From NCBI GenBank assembly GCA_964016885.1, contig OZ024746.1, positions 64,480,001-64,544,000 of the forward strand: 64,000 bases of DNA, read 5' to 3'. Source of the stretch: Eledone cirrhosa. Taxonomy: Eukaryota. Below are positions 13,300-27,623 of this stretch, piece after piece. How positions within the stretch are numbered: position 1 is the stretch's first letter; the number at the start of each line of letters is the position of its first letter. Made by a program: the position numbers and the translations under genes. Below the pieces are notes generated by a model, which ran no database searches, was not told where the DNA came from, and was given only the letters and a program-made list of their open reading frames with translations.

Positions 13300-14725
13300 A
13301 TGTTTCTACCATTGCCACCTCATCTGTTACTACCTCCACCATTATAACAAACTCCACTACTACCTTTACCTCCAACACTACTGACACCTTCAATACTACC
13401 CCCACATCTACAACTATCGACACCACCTCTACTATCGCTACCACCACCACCCACTTTCACCACTATCGCCACTATCGCCACCACCTCCACTACTACCTCC
13501 ACCTCCACTACTATCGTCACCATCACCACCGCCACTGTCACCACTGCCACCATCACCACTGCCACAATCACCATCACCACTGCCACCATCACCATCACTG
13601 CTATCACCACCATCACCACTGCCGCCATCACCATCACCATCGCCACAATCACCATCACCACTACCACCATCACCATCACCACCACCATCACCACTGCCAC
13701 CACCATCACCACTGCCACCATCACCATCACCACTGCCACCATCACCATCACCACTGCCACCATCACCATCACCACTGCCACCACCATCACCACTACCACC
13801 ATCACCATTGCCACCACCATCACCATTGCCACCACCATCACCACTGCCACCATCACCATCACCAACACCATCACCACTGCCACAATCACCATCACCACTG
13901 CCACCATTACCATCACCACTGCCACCACCATCACCACTGCCACCACCATCACCATCACCACTTCCATCACCATCACCACTGCCACAATCACCATCACCAC
14001 TACCACCATCACCACTACCACCATCACCACTACCACCATCACCATTGCCACCACCATCACCACTGCCACCACCATCACCATCACTACTGCCACCATCACC
14101 ATCACCACCACCATCACCACTACCACCATCACCATTGCCACCACCATCACCACTGCCAACATCACCATCACCAACACCATCACCACTGCCACAATCACCA
14201 TCACCACTGCCACCATTACCACTGCCACCACCATCACCACTGCCACCATTACCATCACCACTGCCACCACCATCACCACTGCCACCATCACCATCACCAC
14301 TGCTATCACCACCATCACCACTGCCATCACCATCACCACTGCTATCACCACCACCACCATCACCACTGCCACCACCATCACCATCACCATCACCACTGCC
14401 ACAATCACCATCACCACTGCTACCACCATCACCACTGCCACTGCCACCATCACCACTGCTATCACCACCACCATCATCACCACCATCACCATCACCACTG
14501 CTATCACCACCACCATCACCACTGCCACCACCATCACCATCACCACTGCCACAATCACCATCACCACTGCTACCACCACCACCATCACCACCACCACCAC
14601 CATCACCACTGCCACCACCACCACCATCACCATCACCACTGCCACAATCACCATCACCACTGCTATCACCACCACCACCATCACCACTGCCACTGCCACC
14701 ATCACCACTGCCACCACCACCACTA
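13300..14725. repeat. ~1.4 kb compound (CAC/CAT/CAC-TGC) trinucleotide-based repeat
   Basis: Units such as caccatcaccactgc; stop-free in several frames. Confidence 0.92.
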
Positions 14726-15959
14726 TTTGGATATTTGTTCCATTCAGTGAAGTCTGTTCATATTTTTGAAAACATTCTTTTTTTTAATATAATTCTTTTT
14801 TTTATTATTTTAAGCCTTTTTATTCCAAGCACTTGCAATCACTGTGATGTCCCCAAGCAAGACAGCTAATTCTGATTGCTTTACTTTATCTGCCTATAAA
14901 AACATAAAAAAATGTCCCCTCCTTTATCACTGGCAAGAATTTAGCCATCAGAAGAATGTTGATAAAAAAAACAAAACATCTTAATAACACAAACATAGAA
15001 ATTTAGATACAAGTTTTCTATACAAATACAAATAAATATGCGAAAGTAACACATATAGTTGACTGGGTTTTTTTTTCTAATGTGGGGATGTCCATAGATT
15101 AGTGACTAGCTCTACTAACTTAAGATAAAGGAAGATAATTATTGTTTTAGTAAAGTACAATGGAATGGATTCTTATAGATTTCTTCAGTCCAATGGGAGC
15201 AATGTTTCTAATGAAAAGTGCTCCAGTTGATTCTATCAACAAAACTGTATGCTTGTGAAATTAACAAGTAAGTGGCTGGGCATTTTACAGGCACTTACGC
15301 CTTTAATGTATTTCTCGGGGCGAGTCAGTGTGAAACGATAACAAGGTTGACCCCTTTAATTACATGAACAACTTAATTTTTCCTGATGAATGGACTGGCA
15401 CAATGTAAAATAAAGTGTCTCACTGAAGGACGCAAAAGTACTGCCACTCTGGGAATTGACCTCATGACATAACAATTGGGAGTTGAACATCCTAACTTCT
15501 GGTCGACGGGCCTGCATCAGAGCAATGTAATCTAAAGATTATAAAGTGCTTTAACAGTGTTTCATGACTGCATTACCTTGTGCCTCTTTTTGATACACAT
15601 TTACACCTACTTCCTATCACCAACTGCTGTAAAGTGGTTGGGGATAGGAAGGGCATCCAGCCATAGAAAACCTGACAAAGGGATAGGGTGACCCTTCTGT
15701 TGTGTCAAAAAGCTGTCCAGTGCTGGTCCCAAGATAAAATGCATTCAGTAGAATGTAGAACTGTATGTAAGCAAGATATGACCCGCCCCTGGCCTTTCAA
15801 AGAAGTTAGTAGCCCTGCTTCAGTACTCAGTCTGTGAAGACCCATACAACCCTTGCTAACAGAGAAAGTGGATGTTAAATGATGATGATGATGATGATTT
15901 ACAGTTATGTGAACAGGTCCTTTAAAAATAAAATATCTTTCCCAGAGATATAATGGAGA

Positions 15960-16820
15960 TACAGATCATTGTCCAAGTAAAAGAAGAGCGGAAGAATGGC
16001 ACCTATAGCCTTTTCAGCCCCTTCTAGATTGAAGGTCAATGTACTTCATGATTAGTTTGAACTTCTGCAAGCTGATACCTTTAAGGAAAATGTGGATATC
16101 GAAGGAGTTTCTAATTGAAGCAGTTAGTTGTAGAGAAGAAAAATTGTACTGTTTAGTAAGAGTGAGATTTGAGACAGTGGTGATAGTGAGAATATGGAAG
16201 TTGGATACATTGGCAATAACTGTTGTAAGAGTGAGATTTGAGACAGTGGTGATAGTGAGAATATGGAAGTTGGATACATTGGCAATAACTGTTGTAAGAG
16301 TGAGATTTGAGACAGTGGTGATAGTGAGAATATGGAAGTTGGATACATTGGCAATAACTGTTGTAAGAGTGAGATTTGAGACAGTGGTGATAGTGAGAAT
16401 ATGGAAGTTGGATACATTGGCAATAACTGTTGTAAGAGTGAGATTTGAGACAGTGGTGATAGTGAGAATATGGAAGTTGGATACATTGGCAATAACTGTT
16501 GTAAGAGTGGGATTTGAGACAGTGGTGATAGTGAGAATATGGAAGTTGGATACATTGGCAATAACTGTTGTAAGAGTGAGATTTGAGACAGTGGTGATAG
16601 TGAGAATATGGAAGTTGGATACATTGGCAATAACTGTTGTAAGAGTGGGATTTGAGACAGTGGTGATAGTGAGAATATGGAAGTTGGATACATTGGCAAT
16701 AACTGTTGTAGTAGTGGAAGTGAAGATAAAGACAGTTAAGAGTATATTTATAATAGGCTAGTGGCTACAGCATTTTGAGGTGTTGAAGTTTGGCAATCAG
16801 TAGGACAGCTATTCACAAAC
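15960..16820 (-). mobile_element. Degenerate CR1/L2-type LINE 3' end containing the 69-bp array
   Basis: Minus-strand remnants CLYLHFHYYNSYC and QLTASIRNSFDIHIFLKGISLQKFK resemble the CR1/L2 C-terminal LFYRYY.G.C and LWN.LP..L..FK motifs. Confidence 0.5.
16156..16710. repeat. 69-bp tandem repeat, 8 near-identical copies
   Basis: Unit gtaagagtgagatttgagacagtggtgatagtgagaatatggaagttggatacattggcaataactgtt. Confidence 0.97.
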
Positions 16821-17129
16821 TCTCAACCTTTCAACTTGTAGGCTTACACCTTAGCAACATGGCTTGTTACAGTTCTCCAGCCTACAACAACAATAATAAT
16901 AATAGATTTAAACAACAACAATAACAATAACAACAACAACAATAATAATAATAATTTCTTTTAATTGTCACAAGGCCCTAAAATGTTGGGGGCAATACAT
17001 GGATGGAAAATTGGAAAATAACACTACACAGTGTATAGTGAAGAGGATATCAATGAAGGGAAAACAGTAGATATAACAATGACAAATTATTGTAAGAAAC
17101 AGTAATGAGGACCATACAAAGCAAATAAT

Positions 17130-17660
17130 AATAATTGTTTCTACTTTTGGCACAAGGCCAGCAAATACCCAGTACATTACTGGTACTTTATGTTATCGAC
17201 CCCGTAAGGATGAAAGGCAAAGTTAACCTCGGCGGGATTTGAACTCAGATCATAAAGGGACGTAACTCTATGATTCAAAGCATGGCGTCCGACTCTCTAC
17301 CGATACTGCCAATCCTAATAATGATTTCTTATATAGGCACAAGGCCAGTAATTTGGAGGAGGGGGAAGTCGATTAAATTTACCCCAGTATGTCACTGGTA
17401 CTTTATTTTATTGACCCCCAGCAGGATTTGAACTCAGACCGTAAAGGACCGTAACTCTATGCTGCAAAGCATGGTGTCCGACTCTCTACCGATACTGCCA
17501 ATCCTCCATAATAATAATTGTTTCTACGTTTGGCACAAGCCCAGCAAATTACCCAGTGCATTACTGGTACTTTATTTTATCGACCCCGTAAGGATGAAAG
17601 GCAAAGTTAACCTCGGCGGGATTTGAACTCAGATTGGCAAGGGCCGTAACTCTATGCATA
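17130..17660 (-). mobile_element. Three tandem SINE family A copies in (TAA)n
   Basis: Copies at about 17135, 17322 and 17518, each preceded by aataataat. Confidence 0.87.
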
Positions 17661-17740
17661 ATAATAATAATAATAATATACCATATTTCCCGGCATCGAA
17701 GACGCTACTTTTTTTCCTTAAATAAGTCTAAAAAATCTAG

Positions 17741-17773
<33 letters not shown>

Positions 17774-17803
17774 TGGATATATGTGGATGTGTGTGTATAT
17801 GTA

Positions 17804-17836
<33 letters not shown>

Positions 17837-17971
17837 TTAAGCTGTAAATTATAATCAATTTGGTGTGTTAACTGGTTTACCAATGTATACAGTGAGTTTA
17901 TTGCCTTAGGTGTCAAGAAGACACTCGGCATCTAACGGAAACAATACTGAAGGAAAAGGCAAAAACAACAA

Positions 17972-18340
17972 TAATTGTTTCTAATTTTGGCACGAGGCCA
18001 GCAATTACACAGTGCATTACTGGTACTTTATTTTATCAACCCCGTAAGGATGAAAGGCAAAGTTAACCTCGACGGGATTTGAACTCAGACCATAAAGGGA
18101 CATAACTATGCTGGAAAGTATGGCGTCAACTCTCTACCGATACTACCAAAATGTCTTACAGAGGCACAAGTCTAGAAATTAGGAGAGCCGTTTGACTGTT
18201 AAATCAATCTTGAGTACTTTTCTCATACTTTATTTTATCAATCCCAGAAAGTTGAAAGGCAAAGTTGACCTCAGTAGGACTTGAACCCAGAATCTAAAGA
18301 GCCAAAACTAATACTGATGCTCTAACGATTCTGCCAATTT
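17972..18340 (-). mobile_element. SINE family A copy plus an older degenerate copy
   Basis: Same core sequence; the second copy is diverged. Confidence 0.75.
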
Positions 18341-19315
18341 CAATGCAATAATACTATTGATTTGAAATTGTTATGAAGACAATAGCTAAAATAACAACAA
18401 TATAAAGACATCTGTTGTGGAGCAACTAAATGTAGAACATATAAGACAACACTGAAGACAGTCTTTGTTGTATCTTTTAAACCAATTGAATTTCATCTTT
18501 TCCTTAGTTACCGTTCTATCGATAGTAAACTCTTAAATATGACTTAACCTTGACTGGCTCTTTTAAAATGATTACATGATTTATACGGTTATTTGCTTTA
18601 GATGTAAATTCATTCTCTTTATTTATATATTTGTCAACAATTGCATTCTTTTGATAGCCTGTTTGTTGCCAACATAGAAGTAGGAACTGTAGAGTGTTTC
18701 CATTATTTCTGTCTTGTATTTCTATTAGGTTATGTATTTCAAACATTTTTCTCTACTCAAGCTGCGGAACTTTAGGAACCTTCTGACACCGACTTATAAG
18801 ACAGATAATTGAGTAATTTTATTTTATGCTTTGCTTTTCTTCTCTGCAATGTTTTTTTTTTTATTATTGTTTATTTCATATTGTCTGTTTGTTATCATTA
18901 TCGTTACTGTTGTTGTTATCATCATTACATATACATAGATGCCAACAAATGTTTCTGTGCTTCCTGTTATATATGTAGTCTCTTAGGCAGAACAACTATC
19001 TGCTAAACTATGTTCAGTAGAATTCAAAATAAGAGACAAAAATAGATGGAAATGTTGGTGTGGTGTGAGGTAGAGGAATTTGTTTCTGAAAGAGGGAATA
19101 TAGGAAAGTGGTTTTGGTGCTGTGAACAAGGTACTGTTAATTAAGTTTATTACAGTGTGTCTGGTTGACCAAAAACAGGTTTCAATTCTTCCTTCATGGT
19201 TGAATGGTTAACAGTAGGTAGAATGTCCATCAGTGAAACAGATGCTCCAACAAAACAACACTCCCTCTTCGTAAGTATGGGAAAATGGAGTATAAACCCT
19301 CAAGGAAATTAGGAT

Positions 19316-19564
19316 TTACATTTACATTATTCTAGCATTTACATTACTCTAGCATTTACATTACTATTATATTTTCATGGTAAAGGCTTTATATCACATA
19401 ATTGTCTCACATAATATGGAATCTATGAGATTTTGATGATGTTATTATTTATTTTGAGAACAATACCTTAATGTCAGTATGAGTGGCCAGTTATAGCTGG
19501 TTTGAACAGAAAGAGGCGAGAGAATTCTGGCTGGATACAGCTGGTTTAAATGCTAGAGGGTTAA
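19316..19564 (-). mobile_element. TTAA-terminated (piggyBac-like) non-autonomous repeat; second copy at 51042-51257 (+)
   Basis: Ends aatgctagagggTTAA and aligns over about 200 bp in reverse complement with 51042-51257. Confidence 0.6.
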
Positions 19565-22500
19565 GGGTAGATGGAATGGTGGGGCTGGTAAAAGAAAATG
19601 GCATAAATGAGATTCTGTGTTTACTTTTGTCTCCTGCTGCAATTGACTTTTCTCTTTTCTCTCAGGTCACTAAAATTAATAACAGTAAAATATTTCAGAT
19701 TGATTTAATTCAATATACTGTTTACTATAAAATCTCTGGCTTTAAACTAATATAATGAATTATTGTTTAGTTGCAACTGTTCAAAGTATACATTTATATA
19801 TATTGTTGAGTCAAGGAGGGAAAAAACAGTTCCCCAATACTCTTCTCAGGGCCTCTCAGACTGGTGGGGATGGAGGAAGGTCTCCAGTCTGAGGATACCA
19901 TTCTTTTTCTCACCCATTAGTCTCAGTGGCTTTGAAAAAGGCAATGTGCACTGTCTTTTCCTCCCTGACTAAACAGTAAAATAATTTAAAAAAAGACTAT
20001 GATGATGATTTTAAAATTTGCATGAGACCACATATTTTTGTATGGATGTCAGTTAGTATTTACCACATGACTCCCAAGATAGGAAAGTCATAGTTGACTT
20101 TAGTGGCATTTGAACTCAGAACATAGAGGAATGTAACTAAATAATAGGTTGACATTGGAAAAACAGTCTAGAGACAGAGAGAAAGACATGGAAATGAAAT
20201 GAATTAGAACTAGATAGTGACACATGCGCACTGTGTGTGAACAAGTAATAAATCAGTTAAATACAGGCTACAATGAAGTAGAAAGTGTTAACAACTTTGA
20301 CTTGGTGAAGAAAAAAAGTAAGGTGTTGGAAGTGGAGAAGGGTAGTGGTTAAAGAAGTCATGAATGAAAAAAACAACTCATTAATTAAATATAAGTTTAA
20401 AAAAATAATGGAATAACTATTCAAACTGTTTATTTATAAGATTTCAAACTGTTTATTTATAAGATTATTGCTGATGGTTAGGGATGTTGAGTGTGATAGA
20501 GAGAGATGAAGAGAAATAGGTAGAGAGAGATAAATAGAGGGAGATGAAGAGAAATAGATAGATAGATAGATAATTAGAGAGAGGTGAAGAGAAATAGATA
20601 GATAGAGAGATACATAGAGGGAGGTAAAGAGAAAGTGAATGTGTGAGATAAACATCTTGAGACCTCTTAAAGATTATTGGTTTATGATGTTTCTTGGTTG
20701 AATGGAAAAATATCACAATGATATATTGCTGATAGCTGTCTGAAATAAACAATGATTTTTGACATTAGCATAAGACCACAAATTTTACAGTTTGATAGTG
20801 TCCATTAAATAAACTCCAATATTTGACTGGTATTTCTTTCTTTGACCTTGGAAAGATGAAAGATTCTAACATGAGAGTTGAGTCAGTTACATTAATTCCA
20901 GTGTTTGACTGCTACTTTATTCTATCAACCCTGGAAAGAGATGGGAAACAAAGTAGACCTAGGCAAGATGTGAACCTAGAAAGAGCCAGACAAAATAGTG
21001 AAGGCATCTTGTCCTCCTCTTTAATGATTCTTTCAATTTTCTTGTCACAGAAAGGCAAATGTATAATTATTTTATTAAATAGCAAATCCTCAATAATTGG
21101 TTATTAAGATATAGTAGAGGTGATAGAAGCAATTTCCTTTTCCCAAGGAAAATAGATTTCTTATTTTCATACTGTGAGGATAAAGAAAGTAGGTAGTTGT
21201 ATATATGAAGTTGTATCTACTGATGTGATATCAGCCACAATTGTACAATGGTGGTGAGATTACAGTGTTGAATTACTGACACATATAGAAATTAATGACC
21301 AAGTGAACATTGACTACCAGGCCCAGTCCAAGTATTTTGAGTTCAAATCCACTGCAGGTGTTTCATTGTGTACAGTTAATTCCGATATTGCCTCAGCTCA
21401 CCTTATATTTAGCAGATCATCTGTGTATGTTATCTGCAAAAGACTGACATCATTTGCATAGGAAGAGGAAATGAAGCTATGTACACATCCTTATAAGTCC
21501 CTTTGGGTTTCTGTAGAGATTTACATGTTCATATTACTGAAGAAATCTTACAGCTGCATGTTTATGTTGCACCCCTGAGAAAATCATGTAACTGAGCTTA
21601 CCATAGTCTGTATGGCTGACAAACAATTTCTACTTTTAGTATTTCATAGTTGAGTGGTTGACAGCAGGAGAGGCAGTAAGGTGAAAAAAACATTTATGGT
21701 TGAAAATTCTCTTTAGATCAAATGCAGTATGAAAACTAAAAGAAAATTCAATAAGCTAATTTGCATATTAGGATGAGTTTCACAGTTGTTAGCTAATCCT
21801 TTTTTAAACTAATAAGAATTTTCTCTGCAGCTTTATGCTGTAATTTCAGAATGGCAAGGTGAAGCACAGTCTGATAATTACTAACAAAGCTAGAAACTAA
21901 TCAATCTGATACCTGTACTAGTTTTTTGAGAATGTGGAAGTATATTTCATCCACCCAAGATTAATTTCACAAGACCATATACAAAACATCTCGATATGCT
22001 GTAGTTCTTAACAAGCCATATGAATAAACCTCACTCCCTCCCCCATAAAAAATATAGATACCACCTATAGTTAACATGGGTGAGATGAATATAAACAGTA
22101 AAATTTGAAATGTGCAAGCAGTGTAGTGAAAGTATATTTCCTGCTGCTGAAGGAATGCAACAGGCAATGTATAGAATACAGTTGTTTTACTTGATGTTTT
22201 CCTTTCTCATTTGAACAACAAGAATGTTTATCTTGTCTTCTTTCCCTGCTGGGTCATCATAGCCTAGTGGAAGCACACAAATGCTGCACTTTATAACTTC
22301 AACTTGCCAAACGTTAATGAACCAAAGAAAGAGTTGGGGCTGTTAAGAGTGAAAACCGCAGCTGTTTTCTCTTGATATTGACAGAAATTAATCTACTCAT
22401 TGCTCTTATCAATTTGGTATGATTAATTTAGCCATTTGTCAACAACAGACTTGCATATGTTTTCATCTACATTATGGAACAACTAACTTTATATCTTATT

Positions 22501-23351
22501 GTTGTTGACATTATTGTTTTATCTTCAAGATTTTATTGTTTCTTAGGAGTGAGGTAATTTAAAACCTATTACTTAATTGTTTATTAAAGAGACTAAAACA
22601 AACAAAATGATTAAAAAATGTGCGATATATATTGTCTTGGAATAGGTTTGTTTCACTTGTTCAACAATTCAACAAAATTTATCAGTTTTAATGCTTATTT
22701 TTTTATCTATTTTTATTGATAATTAGCAATAATTATATTTCTCAATTGTGAATACTTAGCCAAGTTATTTTTTTTATTTACATTTTATTTTGATTGCTTT
22801 CAGTCTCTCAGTTGGTTATTTTGTTTTTTTCTTTAGTTTCTAAATCAATAATTCTTTTTCGTCTTCAGCCCTCTAAAAACATTAACACTTTTGATCTTTA
22901 TAATTGATGGAACATATCCAATTATATTTATCTAGTATCTGTATGGAATAGGTATGGGAAAGATACATAACAAGTTATTGTTCCAGAATATGGAATGCTT
23001 GGTCAATAACTCACAAAAGTTTTAGTCCATTCTAGACATTAAAACAAAAAATAAATTCAAAACAAAATAAAATAAACACGGGAATGTGCACGCGCACATA
23101 CACGCACACACACACATGCACAACATTTATTTTTATTGGCTCGGATTACTATTTAATTTAATCTAATGTATTGTTTTTGTACAACCTTGTACTAGCTGAC
23201 CAGTACTTTTGAGTTGGATAAGAAGGGTTGAGAGAATGAAGAGAAAATGAGAGTAAGAGATATATATACATATATATATATATATCATCATTATCACCAT
23301 TACCGTTAAACGTCTCTCCTCCCCTTTTTCTCTGTATATATATATATATAT

Positions 23352-24640
23352 TAGAGAAGAATAAGCCACTATACTTAGCTTTTGTTGACCTAGAGAAGGC
23401 CTTTGATAGGGTACCCTGATCTGTCATCTGGTGGTCCCTAAGGAAACTAGGTGTAGAGGAATGGCTTGTGAGGACAGTGCGAGCTATGTACAGGGTAGCT
23501 GTCAGTAAAGTGAGAGTAGGCATGGAGTTTAGTGAGGAATTCCAGATACAAGTAGGTGTACATCAGGATTCGGTCCTCAGCCCGCTCTTGTTCATTATAG
23601 TCCTCCAAGCTATAACAGAGGAGTTTTAAGACTGGATGCCCATGGGAACTTCTCTATGCTGATGATCTGGTTCTTATAGCAGAATCAATAGAGGAGCTAG
23701 AGAATAAATTCTGGCTATGGAAACAGCAGTTGGAATCAAGAGGTCTGAGAGTGAACCTAGCTAAGACAGAAGTGTTGATGAGTAGAAAAGAGGACAAAAC
23801 CCTGATTCCATCAGGGAAATGGCCATGTTCAATATGCAGAAAAGGAACTGGCATAAATTCCATAAAATGTATGCAATGCAGATCTTGGGTACATGAGATG
23901 TAGTGGGATAGAATGGCAAACTAACAGGTAGGGAAAACTATGCAGTAGATGTACAGGGAAAGTTGGCAGTAGTAATTGCAGTGATGGACACATTTTTCCA
24001 ATGCAGGTGGGTTCTATAGAAGTGGTTGATAGCTTCCGATACCTAGGTGATCAGATTAGCATGGGGGGGGGCGGGTTCTGAGGCCATAGTATCTAGAATG
24101 ACGGGTTGGAAGAAGTTTAGGGAGCTGCTTCCTCTGTTGACAAAGAAGGGTTTCTCCCTGCGTACGAAAAGACGGTTATATGATGGCTGTGTGAGATATG
24201 TGATGCTGCATAGTAGTGAGACATGGGCAGCAACTGCAGAAGATATGCGATGGCTGGAGAGAAATGAAGCAAATATGCTCCATTGGATGTGCAATGTCAA
24301 TGTGTGTGAACGACCAAGCATAGTCGAGTTGAGAAAGAAACTGGGTATAAGAGGGATAAGTTGTAGTGTGCAGGAGAGAAGGCTGAGATGGTATGGACAT
24401 GTGATGCGCATGGAGGACGACCGCTGGGTAAAGAAGTGCCAAGAAATCCAAGTAGAAGGAAGACGTAGTAGAGGTAGACCACAAAAAACATGGGCGGAGG
24501 TGGTGAGAGCAGACATCAGATCGCTGAAACTCACCGAGGAGATGACGAAGGACCATGACAAGTGGAGAGATGCTGTGCTGAATAGGACCCATCCAACCCT
24601 TGCAAGCAGGGAAAAGCGGACGTAAAATGATGATGATGAT
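23352..24640 (+). mobile_element. 5'-truncated, disrupted RTE LINE (family A)
   Basis: Starts in the RT domain (KPLYLAFVDLEKAFDR), has YADD at about 23655, contains stops and frameshifts, and ends ASREKRT* plus (GAT)n. Highly similar to 1008-1817. Confidence 0.93.
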
Positions 24641-25007
24641 ATATAAACACTATAAATATCCACGGGTTATAGTACTCTGTCCATAGGACGAATTAAGTAT
24701 AATTAGTTACAATAGTGACATGTACAAGTACTGAAGTTTCGTTAGGTTATTCATCCCAACTCATTCAGCCTGTCCTATAAATAAAAATGTCTCTCTCTCC
24801 CTCCCTCTCTCTCTCTCTCTCTCATTCTCTCTCTCACTCTCTCTCTCATATATATATACCTTATATATATATATATATATATCTTTTATATATATATATA
24901 TATATCTTATATATATATATAAGATATATAAGATATATATATATATAAGATATATATATATATAAGATATATATATATATAAGATATATAAGATATATAT
25001 ATAAGAT

Positions 25008-26045
25008 ATCATCATCATCATCATCATCAACGTTTAACGTCCGTGTTCCACGCTTGCATGGGTTTGGACGGGGGTAGTCCCACTTGAGGCAAGAGTGATT
25101 GTCTTGCTCGCATAGGACTGTCTGGCAGGTTTTCTACAGTTGGATGCCCTTCCTAACACCAACCACATTTACAGTGTGGGTCTGGGAGGTTTTTACCGTG
25201 TTGCCTACACGGCCACATTACAGCGTGGACTGTGTGTTTTTTTGTCGTGACACCTACACGATCTCATTTGTTTCGGCCTCGATGGCGCGGCACCAACATA
25301 ACTTTACATAGAACGGGGTGGTGTGGATCGGGTGGGGGTGGGGGTGGTGGGACGGGGTGTATTTTGTTAGAGATGCCTACTGGCTGGAGTAGGTTTTACT
25401 ATATATTTAGGTAAGGCGGGTCTTCTCTGTTACTGAGTACCGCCAAAGGTCTCGGTCCAGTGACATTGTCTTGGAGAGGTGTAAGTGTGTGATGTCGGAG
25501 TTTATCAGCTCGTCCCAGGTTTTTCTAGGTCTGCCTATTCCGTGACTACCGTCTATCTTTATTGCCCTGCACTTTGTTATACAGCTATCGACTTTCATGC
25601 GCATCACGTGTCCATACCAACGTAGCCTTCTCTCGAGTAAACAACATCTGATCCCTCTTATCTCTAATTTTTTCCTTAGTTCGTTTATGCTTTGCCGTTC
25701 ACGTATATTACTGTTACACATCCAGCGGAGCATGCAAGCTTCGTTCCTCTCTAGTCTGCGTATATCCTCTGCACACAATGCCCAGGTCTCACTGCCATGC
25801 AGCATTGCTGTTCGTATGCAGGCATCGTACAACCTGCCTTTCATTTTTAGTGAGAACCCTTTAGCAGCTAATAGTGGTATAAGCTCTCTGAACTTTTTCC
25901 AACCAGTTCTGACTCTAGCTACAGTACTTTCAGAGCACCCTCCCCCACTGCTGATTTTATCGCCCAGGTAACGGAAGCTGTCCACTATTTCTATAGAACC
26001 CTCTGCGCAATTGAAAGAGCTAGTAGTTTGTGGGCACTTGCTGCT
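25008..26045 (-). mobile_element. 5'-truncated RTE LINE, family B-related
   Basis: Minus ORF 25407-25985 closely resembles the C-terminus of 37625-40744. It has a similar 3' UTR and a (CAT)n tail at 25008-25028, and sits inside a (TA)nAGA array. Confidence 0.92.
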
Positions 26046-26454
26046 ATATATATATATATAAGATATATATATATATATAAGATATATATATATATATATA
26101 TAAGATATATAAGATATATATATAAGATATATATATATATATATAAGATATATATATATATATAAGATATATATATATATATGATATATATATATATATA
26201 TAAGATATATATATATATATATAAGATATATATATATATAAGATATATATATATATATGATATATATATATATATATATGATATATATATATATATATAA
26301 GATATATATATATATATATGATATATATATATATATATAAGATATATATATATATATATATGATATATATATATATATAAGATATATATATATATATAAG
26401 ATATATATATATCTTATATATATATATATATATATATCTTATATATATATATAT

Positions 26455-26499
<45 letters not shown>

Positions 26500-26742
26500 A
26501 GATCAAAAGATGGTTAAAGGAGTTCCATGTATTTTATTATGCGCATTTCAAAAACAAACATCATCATGCAATAATATTTGTGTTTTCATCAGATAAAACA
26601 GGAGAACATGATATGAAGGCTAAAAAACACTTGTAGATAGTGCAGTTTTAAATCAATATATATATATATATATATCTTAAATCAATATATATATATATAT
26701 ATCTTATATATATATATATATATCTTATATATATATATATAT

Positions 26743-26777
<35 letters not shown>

Positions 26778-26885
26778 TATATATATATATATATATATAT
26801 ATCTTATATATATATATCTTATATATATATATATCTTATATATATATATATCTTATATATATATATATCTTATATATATATATAT

Positions 26886-26918
<33 letters not shown>

Positions 26919-26927
26919 TATATATAT
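26045..26927. repeat. (TA)n arrays punctuated by AGA/TCT (also at 24850-25008)
   Basis: Units tatataaga and its reverse complement tcttatata. Confidence 0.9.
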
Positions 26928-27236
26928 AGGGGAAAAAGCTTTGTATCGAAAATGGTCATAGGCAAACCGCACCTGCCAAGCTTGTAAACAATTATTTTTT
27001 TCTGAAGAATTTTTCTACGTCCATCCCAAAATTAGTCCTTTGTTCAACACACACATATGTGCGTATATACGTACATACACACACGGGCATATGTAAGAAT
27101 ATATAGGCACACACCATGAATCACACACCCATGTACATATACATCCGCATACATACATAAAAACATATAAAGACACATATAAAAACACATATACACATAC
27201 GTACACACCAGAATATGTACTCATACCTCCACATGG

Positions 27237-27275
<39 letters not shown>

Positions 27276-27327
27276 CATATACATATATATACACACATAA
27301 AGATACATAACTAAATATACATATATA

Positions 27328-27385
<58 letters not shown>

Positions 27386-27458
27386 TATGTCCGTATATAT
27401 ACGTCCGTTCACACATACATGCATACACACACACATATATATATATAGAGGCATACAC

Positions 27459-27491
<33 letters not shown>

Positions 27492-27572
27492 CATACACAT
27501 AAGCACATACACACATATACATATACATACACACACATATATATTTATATATATATATACACATACACATAT

Positions 27573-27623
<51 letters not shown>

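Noticed and set aside
13290-14869. His-rich 486 aa, Pro-rich 353 aa and Val/Met-rich 467 aa ORFs as genes
   Set aside because: Several overlapping frames on both strands are open only because the triplet repeat lacks stops; no splice or domain support.
16039-16761. 240 aa and 191 aa repeat-protein ORFs
   Set aside because: Artefact of a 69-bp (3n) unit inside a decayed LINE.
21230-21465. Minus-strand SYANDVSL as an RT YADD remnant
   Set aside because: Probably an old CR1/L2 fragment, but too short and degenerate to delimit.
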